Positions 1 through 10,821 of a DNA stretch of 64,000 nucleotides are shown here, piece after piece; the first letter of the stretch is position 1, and every line of letters begins with the position of its first letter. The notes under the pieces are model-generated. The model did no database searches. It saw only the letters and a list, made by a program, of their open reading frames with translations, and was not told the DNA's origin. A program made the translations under genes and the position numbers. The stretch comes from the human T2T-CHM13v2.0 reference genome, Homo sapiens, in the NCBI RefSeq assembly GCF_009914755.1, contig NC_060928.1; one strand, given 5' to 3'.

Positions 1-974
1 GCCGTCATCTCCACCTGAATGTTCTATCTTGTTTTATCTGTGATTTTTCTCTTGCTTTATTACCTTAAAGAGCCCCTGGCTACTCTCTAATGAGAGAAAA
101 TCAGGTTTCTATAGCCCAGGTCACCCTCTATTGCTTGAAGGTAGGAAGAAGAAAGTTCATTGGAAGGTAAAAAACAACAACAACAAAATCTAGCAGACCA
201 AATCTCCTTAACATCCTATTGTAATTACCAAGAATTGCCTGTCTGATACTAAATTTTATTTTTGCTTGACCAAAATTAAAAAAAAAAAAAGAAGAAGAAG
301 AAGAAGAAATAACAACAGTATAATATTTCCCCTTGGGGAATTAGCCTTATCTTGGTATTCTCTATCTCTCCTGTGATCTCTAAATGCTGACAAATCTGCT
401 AAACAACAAGCCCTGGTGTTTCCTTCTGAACCCCCAAGTTATTTCCTTACAGCAGTTGGCCTGGGGCAAGGTTTTTCAATCAGTGTCAGCTTCAAGCCAG
501 CAGCTTGCATCCTACTGCAAAATTTATGGAGCATGTTGATGAGAACAATGTGGCTGCCCGGGAAGATGACTGGGAATTGGCAGAGGAGTTTTGTAGGTCT
601 GAGCTCTGCAGCTGGGCCATTGATTGTTCCTTCATCTGGTTGGACTTCAAAAGGTTGCATGCCTCGTTATCTGTTTTGCACTCCTAACCAAAAGCTACTT
701 TGGGAGCACAAGATTCCGCTTAAAATACGTTAGTGTTTTCCACAACCCATCTCCGCTTTACAGAGATCACTCCTTTTCCAAGCTTCAAGTTACTAGCGTG
801 ATAGGGGAGAGAAGAGAGTGAAGTATTTGACTGGTTAGGTACCTGATTTGTCTTGATGCAAATGACCAGGAGGTAAAAGAATGGGGTGTACTGAATGGTA
901 GCAAAGCATCTGGCACACTGCCTACCATATAGTATACGCCAAGTGAGTACTTGGAGAGGAAATTAAGTGTAGAC

Positions 975-1150
975 TCTGGATTTAAATTCTGGCACTATTC
1001 CTTTTCAGCTGTGTGGATGTTAGCAGGTACTTAACCTGCTAGTGTCTCTGTTTTCTTAGCTAAAACAATATTAATGCTTCCTAGGAATGATTTAAAAACT
1101 GTGTGAGAAAACGCATGCACATTCTTATAAGTATACATAGCTAGTGCTAA
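975..1150 (+). mobile_element. MIR SINE fragment (decayed)
   Basis: Resembles the MIR core (ctggatttaaattctggcact...gctgtgtg...ttagcaggtacttaacct...tctctgttttctt); boundaries approximate. Confidence 0.55.
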
Positions 1151-1337
1151 ATTCGTGTATTTGCTGAAGAAGAACAACAAATAGAAAAAATTGATTCTAG
1201 CCACGTTGAAGGTCCATTTTCCCTCATTCTTCAAATAATATTTGAGATATGGGTAGAAATACCCACACTTTTTTATAGCCATTGCATCCCTGAAAGAAGG
1301 TACCTAAGAGAAAAAAGATCTGTCTTCTATGCAAACT

Positions 1338-1497
1338 ATATATATATGGTGTTTCTGTGTGTCTTTTATATATATATATCTCACATGTGTCATATACATA
1401 CATCTCACATATATATTATGTTGTGTATTTAGTATATGCTATGTTATATGTTTCTATATATATAAACATTTATTTCTTATATGTAATACATATAAAT
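1338..1497. repeat. TA-rich low-complexity tract
   Basis: Degenerate (TA)n/(TATG)n runs. Confidence 0.75.
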
Positions 1498-2128
1498 CTG
1501 ATTTTTTAGGTATAGACACATTGCATTATACAATATTTTATGATAACTTATTTTTAAGTCTACTTTTGATACTTCTGCTAAGTGAAATTGGTATGTTTGT
1601 AGAAAGGAGAATAATTTAAAATCTGAGTGTCTAGATTGTGGTTATATTTGTGTTAGCTGCCTGAGAGCTGACGTTGTGATATAACCTGGTTTTGAGAGTG
1701 TTTCATTAACTGGCTTTTCAGGAGACTATTTCATTTGGTTCAAAATATTATTTTCTGAGAAATACATTCTGGCTTTCTGATTCAGCGTGAAGGTGGAAAC
1801 CATCAGAGTTTAAACATAAGATAGGTGGGGATAGTGAAAGATTTTACTTTATAATTTGCTTGGCTCATATTATCAGTGTGAGTTTGCAATTCAGTTTTTG
1901 GTTAGTTGATTTAAATTCAGGTCTTCTCAGAAATAAACTGATGAAAAACCATGAGAGTTATTGATCATCTTCAGTGATATATACAACAAAGCAGTCCAAG
2001 GAATCTTTAGATGTGTCCAGATGCAGTCAGTTCTGATTAGATACATGCTTTGTCCAAATTATAAATCAAAAATGTCATCTGCATGTAGTAGAAATGGGAG
2101 AGGGGTTGGAATCAGATAGAGCTAGATT

Positions 2129-2491
2129 TGTTCTTGCTAAAAACTGAGTCACCCTGTGGCCCCAATTCATATGTTGAAATCCTAACCCCTGATGTGATAG
2201 TATTAGGAGGTGAAGCATTTGGGAGGTGATTGTTCACAAGTGCTCATATATGGGATTAGCGCCTTTGTAAAAGAGACCCCGAGAGCACTTCCTTGCCCTT
2301 TCTACCATGTAAGAACACAGCAGCAAAACATGACCTATGAACTAGGAAGGAAACCCTCAGCAAATATCAAATCTGCAGGCTTTTTGATCTTGGACTTTCC
2401 AGCCTCTAGAACAGTAAGAAATAAATTTCTGTTGTTTAGAAGCTACCCAGTCTGTGGTATTTTTGTTATAGTGGCCAGAATGAACTACGAC
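2129..2491 (+). mobile_element. MaLR solo LTR (MLT1A/MLT1A0-like)
   Basis: MLT1 motifs aattcatatgttgaaatcctaaccc, gatcttggactttccagcctctagaacagtaagaaataaatttctgttgttt; TG...CA ends. Confidence 0.8.
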
Positions 2492-2678
2492 AATTCTTAA
2501 CTTCACCATTTGCTGGCTGGTGACTCCAAAGTTTTAGATTTTTGAGTTTCCTTGTTTATACTTAGTGACCTTAGTATTATCTCTCTAAACCTCACTTTCT
2601 ATATAGAGATAATTATACCTCCTTGCTGTTGAGTATTCAATGAAATACTGCTTGAGAAATTAGCCAAATAGTCAACTT

Positions 2679-2827
2679 AAAATGCTAAATGACGAGTTAA
2701 TGGGTGCAGCACACCAATATGGCACATGTATACATACGTAACATACCTGCACATTGTGCACATGTACCCTAAAACTTAAAGTATAATAATAATAAAATAA
2801 AATAAAATAAAGAATTTAAAAAAAAAA
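2679..2827 (+). mobile_element. Short L1PA4-like 3' end with A-rich tail; inverted twin of 5885-6030
   Basis: aatgctaaatgacgagttaatgggtgcagcacacc...ccctaaaacttaaagtataat plus tail; no TSD visible. Confidence 0.9.
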
Positions 2828-5800
2828 GAACTACAGCTGTCAGTATCTACAATCTTAGTCTGGACTATGCAGACTTGTACACAATATATATGTGTTTCCC
2901 TGGCACAGTATCTGTAGTGAGATTAACAAAAAGATCATTTGTAGGATTTACATTAGATAACCTGAAGTTAAAAATATTCTACATATTCTAGTATCCTGGT
3001 ATTCACAGAAAATTAATTAAGTCAAATTAATAAGGGAGCCAGATATTTCTCATTAAAGTCAGCAATTTAAAACTTTAAAAATAACATCGTTTTCAACCAT
3101 ATATAGGAGAAACAAAATTTACTGACCTCATTTGATTGGTTATCTATTTTTGTAAGTCCCTGAAGTAGCAAACAATTACTCTTGTCAGTTTTTGTTACAG
3201 TCTTGGAAAGATCTAGGGCAACCCTTTCTCATTTTTTTTTTCTTTCTTCAACATGTTTAAATGCAGACGACAAGGACACTTCACAGGCTTATGCCAAAAA
3301 CATCAATCGCTTTTTAATGAGGCCATCACCCTGAGTAGGTCATGGAATATTAAAAAAAAATGAACATATTGCTGTCATTGGGGATTGTCAGTGGGGCTGA
3401 AGGGTATCGATGAGGAAACACAATACCAGGACACAATACACTGAACTGCCTACTTTTCAAAAGGCAGTTAATTAGAAAATGCTATATGAACGACCCTTGC
3501 CCATGTCCTTGGTGCACTCAAGTTATGTCTGTGTGAATAAGAGAACCATGCTCTGCTTTCCTCAACAGAGGACTAGTTGGCTGAGACACATGACCAGGCA
3601 TTATCTACACAGTCAATTGGGAGAATTAAAAGGTCATTCATTCAATAGGAAAGATTTCCCTTTTAGTGGCCCTGTCTAGCTGGGAGATTATCATCATGAA
3701 TGAGCAAGAAGGAGAACAATAGTTTGTGAGAACCTAGATCCAATCAATGAGAATACTGAGGAAAAGAAATTGAAAGATAAGATAAGGTGTTACTATAATG
3801 ACATTTAAGCTCTTCATCTTCAGCTTCTCATTTGCTCCTCTAGTCCCATCTTTCACTGCTCACTATTACACAGTTAGTGCAGAAGCAAGATAGAAATTGC
3901 TTATTTTCCTGTTTACACCTCCTCTATTTCATCTGCAGGCCATCGCGCATGTTGTTTACTTAAACTGGGACATCCTCTTGCTTATCCTGCTGGAAAATGC
4001 CTATTTATTATTCAAGTCTGTTCATGTGCTACCACTTGTGTAAAGCTGTTCTGACTCTTTCAGCCGAGCAGTGCTGGCCCATTGTGGAGATCTGTGGCAA
4101 AAATGATTATGACTGTCTACCAAATTTCCATTAGCAAGGTGTTTTCTCTGGGAAGCAGCTTCTTAAGGAGGAACTGCAATTTTCAGATTCCCTGTAATCT
4201 AGGTGGAATCCTTTAATTAGCCTTTGCCATAGACTGTGAGCCGAAATCATATGCATTACTTTTTGCTTAAGATGTTTAGGAAGTTGTTGTAACCTTTTCC
4301 CACATCTTCCATCTGAATACAGAGACTGAAAGAGTATAGGAGATGCCTGAGGAAGAATAAGAGTGAATAATACATAGAGGAAAACCACCTTTCTGCTATC
4401 TGGGAACACCTGCATCCAAGCTATTAAAATATAGAACTCATTAGTTTTACCGTGTAGGATTTCCCTTAATAAGGTGATATACAAGACTTAGGTTAATACA
4501 CATATGCCATAGAACTGGCATTTTAAAACTGATTAGTTACTTCTTTGCACACCTTCTTCTTTAGTAGACTTAGGAAACATGTCTTGTTACTTTTGTAGCT
4601 CAACTGCCTAGCAAACTAGTCACACTGTACAGGGATACAATAACATAGGATGAATTAATGATGATCTCGTAACTACTCTTTAATGAGAACCTTTACTGCA
4701 CAGCAGCATATGACATTTATCTCCTTTAAATCTGCAACATCTGTGCAGTGAGCACTAAAATCTATGTTTTCCAGAAGGTCATAATCGTTTATTCATCTGA
4801 GTATACATTGATTCCTGATGCTATACCATACAATTTCCAAGGACCAAAGACAAAACCATGAAAAGAGAGGTGTTTTTTGTTGTTTCAAAGTCTATAGTTA
4901 ATACAGTTCATTCAGTTACAAATTTTGTCTTCAGTGTTGCTGGGGACACTTTTTAAAGCATAGATCTCCACTGCTCTGTAAGTTCAGAGTCACATAGTCA
5001 TACAACATATTCTCCAAAGCCAGTGCTGTTTCTGAAGTAAAGAATTATCAGGTTTTCTTTTGTTCTGTGAAAAACGTTGACAGTGAGGTCAGTCGATGGG
5101 GCTTTTTAGCTGTCATAATTTGTTTTCAAAATTATTTTTTGTTCAAAAAATGTATGAAGTCATTGCTATATATTGATATAGTGAGAAGAGTTCCCAGTGT
5201 ATTAGTCTTGGTGTTGAAAGAACCAGTTTATTATGTAAATTTTAATTGCATTCTTTTCTTGTAAATAAATGTTTACAGGTGACCTTCATGTCTACAAAAC
5301 TAACAAATGGTATAGTACCTAATTTCTACCTTGCCCAGGTCTATGCAAGCTCATAATGCTATTCCTGCACCCATGTAATAAACTTCTTTTTGCTTGGAGT
5401 CTGAAATTCAATTGCTTAACAGATAAAATTCACAGCACAAGGTCAATCATTATGGATGATACTAGTTTGAAGCTAAGCTTTCTCCTTGTCTTTGTTTGGT
5501 ATCAGCTGAATTTCTCTGTGACTGTAAATCTTATCAATACCCATCCAAAGAAACTAGCTTGAAGAATAATTGAGAGTGCATTTGGGCAATGAACACACAA
5601 AGCTTTTTGTACTTTGAGTAAATTTCAAAGAGTGAATAGCAAATATCTCATTTCAACAGGTAAGTGCAAGCATTTATATAGTAGGGTAGACTGCAGATAT
5701 AGGCTCTTTCATCAAAAGTCAGGGAAGATGGTTCCAGTAGCTGCAACTCCCCAGGAAAAGAAATATAACATAGTCTTTATGAGTACAGGTAGCTCAGTGG

Positions 5801-5884
5801 CTTCTGTCATTCGCAACTAATGAAATTCAAATTATAAAAATCATCATTACAAGACTTAAACATGATAATGGATGGGTAGTTCTT

Positions 5885-6030
5885 TTTTTTAAATAAATTC
5901 TTTATTTTATTTTATTATTATTATACTTTAAGTTTTAGGGTACATGTGCACAATGTGCAGGTTTGTTACATATGTATACATGTGCCATATTGGTGTGCTG
6001 CACCCATTATCTCGTCATTTAGCATTTTTT
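5885..6030 (-). mobile_element. Short L1PA4-like 3' end with tail, part of an L1/tRNA chimeric insertion within a MIR
   Basis: Reverse complement of the L1 3' UTR end; the whole insertion is flanked by ggatg(g/t)gtagttctt at 5870-5884 and 6066-6080. Confidence 0.92.
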
Positions 6031-6032
6031 AT

Positions 6033-6070
6033 GGCTCGTTGGTCTAGGGGTATGATTCTCGCTTAGGATG
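6033..6070 (+). pseudogene. tRNA-Pro(AGG) 5'-half retropseudogene (tailless, 3'-truncated)
   Basis: GGCTCGTTGGTCTAGGGGTATGATTCTCGCTTAGGATG matches the human tRNA-Pro 5' end from nt 1 through anticodon AGG (6065-6067); the T-arm and 3' acceptor strand are absent. Confidence 0.92.
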
Positions 6071-6256
6071 TGTAGTTCTTACCTACAGTGACTGGATGCG
6101 TATTGAGTTCTCAGTAAATGTTAACTTTAACTATTATCCTATAATACATTGTAAAAATGTAACTTTCTAACATATTAGAAATATATCAGATGAGATTGAG
6201 CAATATTTCAGGACTTCTGCTATTGAATACAAACATTCAAAATTTCCCAAATCCTA

Positions 6257-6619
6257 TAGGTGGAGTGTCCCTGATCTGAAATGCTTGGGACCAGATGTGT
6301 TTTCAGATTTCAGATGTTTTCAGATGTTGGAATATTTACACAGACATAATAAGATGTCTTAGGAATGAGCCCTAAGTGTAAACACAAAATTCATTTATGT
6401 TTCATATATGCCTCATCCACATAGCATAAAGGTAATTTCATACAATATTTTTAATAACATTGTGCATGAAACAAAGTTTTGACGGCATTTTCACTGTGAC
6501 CCATTATATGAGGTCAGGTGTGAGATTTTCCATTTATGGGTTCATGTTAGTGTTAAAAAAGTTTCAAATTTCAGATCATTACAGATTTCAAATTTTTGAA
6601 TTTGGGATGCTCAATTTAT
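6257..6619. mobile_element. TcMar-Tigger non-autonomous element (Tigger4b/MER46-like)
   Basis: Decayed TIRs aggtggagtgtccct ... gggatgctcaattt, internal aaatgcttgggaccaga; about 360 bp. Confidence 0.75.
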
Positions 6620-9600
6620 ATTATCAGGGTTCCTGAGTCTTACTTGATTCATATGCTACTACCATGAACAGAAGTTTCTCTGAGGAGCATTATGAAAGGG
6701 TAATGCCTGAGCATCTGCTGCATGGCAAAGCAGGGGAGATGAGCTTCTCTGCAGAGTCTGTAACAATGTCTTTGTTAATTGTTTTCATCAATTTGGAAGA
6801 AAGACTTTTTGACATATTTAATCTTCACTTTTTTTTTTGCTATAACAGCCTTATATATACCTTATTTCTTGAAAAGGAAAAAACAATTTCTGTTAGTCAA
6901 ATTATTCACAGATCTGCTCAGTACTATCTATAACATCTTAACAGTGTCTCAGTAAAGGTATTTTTATTTTTGACTCTAAGAAATAGTTTCCATTAACTCA
7001 AAATAATAATAATGAGAGAGAAAAAAGAAAGAAAAGAAGGCAAAGGAGAAAGGAAGAGGAGAAAGAGAGGAAAAGGAAAACGCAATTACAGTAACAACAA
7101 AAAGAAGGAGAGGAGAAGTGAGGAATATGTCAATGAGAGTATTTTTTTGGAGAGTCTAAGTAAAACCATCTTTGAATTACTTTTTCCATTGCTTGAAGCT
7201 TTTATGTGGTTAAAGTCAGATCATCATTTTTCTCAGGAAACAAGAGGCTACAATCAAAAAAAAAAATTTGATATAGGTAGAAAATGTTCAACTAAATTAA
7301 ATTCTATGATAATTAATGAACCTTGTATATATTCAATATCCTATGAAATATAAACAAAAGTGTACAATTCCTCAAAGAAAATAGAGTGGATTTTGAGTCA
7401 CAATTAGGTTCAAAGCCTAGCACCTACTTATGACTTTCCCTTAGGAAAGTGACTTTAACTGATTCTCTTTCCATCTAATGGGAGTAAACTTGCCTATTTT
7501 ATAGATTCGTTTTAGAGAAAAACCAAACAGTGCATAACAAACACCGAGCAGAAGGCCACACAAATAGCAGATTTGCCAGATATTTTAGTTTTTTTTCTGC
7601 CCACCTTCAAGAAACTTGACTTTTCATTGGGACAATGTGGCATGAACATATTATTTCCTTAACCATCTATCAGGCTATCTGGGATTATGGAGCAATGTAA
7701 GCTACTCAGATAGGAAGTTACTCAGAGAACTCATGAGAAGGACAATGCTGGGGCCTTATGAAAAAGCAGGGATTGGGGTTGGTTGCTGAAAGGAAAAGTG
7801 GGAAAGGCTTTGCTAAAAGAGACACTGGTGTTTTAAGGAGCGGCAATGGAATTGGAGGTGACTGAGGAAAGAGGAAGAAGGAGCTAACATTTTTTAATTG
7901 CTATAGTTGAAGAGTTTCATATACAGCTTCTTTGGCAGGATGCTTGACTCAGCTGGTGAAAAGAAGAATGTCCTCCCACAGAATACAGTAAAATCCTCAT
8001 ACAGGAACCAAGGAGAGGGGAAGGATTCTGTGGACTTTTGTTCCTGGAGGAGCCTGCCTTCTTGAGGCCAGATCATCACACCCTATAATTGGGAGAATCT
8101 GGACATAGGACAAAGGGAGCTACATCTATATTCCTTTGAAGACAATGGTCAGGATTTATAACCATTTATTGTTTCTATTTTTTAGTCATGATGCTGAGCA
8201 CCTCATAGTATTTACCATTAATCCTCACCACATGCTACAGGGTAGGTATTTTTAATTAATTGGTAATTAAATATAGAAAATTGATGATATAAAAGTTTAA
8301 TAACTGAATAACTTGATCAAGTTTCCAAAGTTGTAATTGGCAAAGTCAATGACTTGAGATTTCCCCAACCCAGGATTACTAAAATTTCATTTTCTTGGGT
8401 GGATGGCAAGATGGCCGAATCGGAACAGCTCCAGTCTACAGCTCCCAGCAAGATCAATGCAGAAGGCAGGTGAGTTCTGCATTTCCAACTGAGGTACCTG
8501 GCTCATCTCACTGGGACTGGTTAGACAGTGGGTGTAGCCCATGGAGGGCGAGCCAAAGCAGGGTGAGGCATTGCCTAACCCGGGAAGCAGAAGGGGTCAG
8601 GGAACTCCCTCCTTTAGCCAAGGGAAATTATGAGGGGCTGTGCCATGAGGAATGATGCATTCTGCCCCAAATACTATGCTTTTCCCAAGGTCTTCACAAC
8701 CTGCTGACCAGGAGATTCCCTTGGGTGCCTACCATGACTGGGGCCCTGGGTTTCAAGCACAAAACTGGATAGCCATTTGGGCAGACACTGAGCTAGCTGC
8801 AGTTTAATTTCATACCCCAGTTGTGCCTGGAATGCCAGCAAGACAGAACCGCTCACTACCCTGGAAAGGGGGCTGAGGCCAGGGAGCCAAGTGGTTTTCC
8901 TCAGTGGATCCCAGCCCCAGCAAGCTAAGAACCACTGCCTTGAAATTCTCACTGCCAGCACAGCAGTCTGAAGTTGATCTGGGATGCTTGAGCTTGGTGG
9001 TGGGAGGCACATCTGCCATTACTGAGGCTTAAGAAGGCAATTTTCCCCTCACAGTGTAAGCAAAGCCTCCAGGAAGTTTGAACTGGGTGGAGCCCACTGC
9101 AGCTCGGCAAAGCCGCTGAAGCCAGACTACTTCTCTAGACTCTTCCTCTCTGGGCAGGGCATCTCTGAAAGAAAGGCAGAAGCCCCAGTCAGGGGCTGAT
9201 AGATAAAACTCCCATCTCCCTGGAATAGAGCACTTTGGGGAAGGGGTGGCTGTGGGTGCAGCTTCAGCAGACTTAAAAGTTCCTGCCTGCCAGCTCTGAA
9301 GAGAGCAGTGGATCTCCCAGCACAGTGCTCAAGCTCTGCTAAGGGACAGATTGCCTCCTCAAGTGGGTCCCTGACCCCTGGCCTCCTGACTGGGAGGCAG
9401 CTCCCAGCAGGGGTTGACAGACACCTCATACAGGAGAGCTCTGGCTGGCCTCTGGCAGGTGCCCCTCTGGGAGGAAGTGTCCAGAGGAAACGAACAGGCA
9501 GCAATCTTTGCTGTTCTGCAGCCTCTGCTGGTGATACCTAGGCAAACAGAGTCTAGAGTGGACCTCCAGCAAACTCCAGCAGACCTGCAGCAGAGGGGCC

Positions 9601-9727
9601 TGAATGTTAGAAGGAAAACTAACGAACAAAAAGGAATAGCATCAACATCAACAAAAAGGATGTCCACTCAAAAACCCTATCAGAAGGTCACCAACATCAA
9701 AGTTCAAAGGTAGATAAATCCATGAAG

Positions 9728-10758
9728 ATGAGGAAAAACCAGTGCAAAAAGGCTGAAAATTCCAAAAGCCAGAACTCCTCTTCTCCTCCAAAGGATCACA
9801 ACTCGTCGGCAGCAAGGGAACAAAACTGGATGGAGAATGAGTTTGATGAATTCACAGAAGTAGGCTTCAGAAGTTGGGTAGTAACAAACTCTTTCAAGCT
9901 AAAGGATCATGTTCTAACCCAATGCAAAGAAGCTAAGAACCTTAAAAAAAGGTTAGAGGAATTGCTAACTAGAATAACCAGTTTAGAGAAGAACATAAAT
10001 GACCTAATGGAGCTTAAAAACACAGCACAAGAATTTCGTGAAGCATACACAAGTATCAATAGCTGAATCGATCAAGCGAAAGAAAGGATGTCGGAGACTG
10101 AAGATTAATTTAAAGGAATAAAGCATGAAGACAAGATTAGAGAAAAAAGAATGAAAATGAATAAACAAACTTCCAAGAAATATGGAACTATGTGAAAAGA
10201 TCAAACCTACGTTTGAATGCTGTATCTGAAAGTGATGGGGAGAATGGAACCAAGTTGGAAAACACTCTTCAGGATATTATCCAGGAGAACTTCCAACTTC
10301 CCCAGCCTAGCAAGACAGGCCAACATTCAAATTCAGAAAATACAGAGAACACCACTAAGATACTCTTTGAGAAGAACAACCCCAAGACACATAATCACCA
10401 GATTCACCAAGGTTGAAATGAAGGAAAAAATGTTAAGAGCAGCCAGATAGAAAGGTCAAGTTACCCACAAAGGGAAGCCCATCAGAATAACAGTGGATCT
10501 CTCTGTAGAAACCCTACAAGCAAGGAGAGAGTGGAGGCCAATATTCAACATTCTTAAAGAAAAGAATTTTCAATCCAGAATTTCATATCCAGCCAAGTAA
10601 GCTTCATAAGTGAAAGAGAAATAAGATCTTTTACAGACAAGCAAATGCTGAGGGATTTTGTCACGACCGGGCCTGCTTTACAAGAGTTCCTGAAGGAAGC
10701 ACTAAACATGGAAAGGAAAAACTGGTACCAGCCACTGCAAAAACATACCAAATTGTAA
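9728..10758 (+). pseudogene. L1 ORF1 remnant with stops and frameshifts
   Basis: ORF pieces 9722-10066, 10192-10416 and 10217-10450 match consecutive parts of ORF1p. Confidence 0.88.
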
Positions 10759-10821
10759 AGACCATTGATGCTATGGAGAAACTGCATCAACTAACAGGCA
10801 AAATAACCAGCTAGCTTCATA

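Noticed and set aside
416-821. Overlapping short ORFs (60-105 aa) in non-repeat sequence
   Set aside because: No recognisable domain, several non-ATG starts, and no convincing exon structure.
6033-6070. Functional tRNA-Pro gene
   Set aside because: Only the 5' half is present; no B box, T-arm or 3' acceptor strand.
7012-7353. Lys/Arg-rich 113-aa ORF
   Set aside because: Translation of a purine-rich low-complexity tract.
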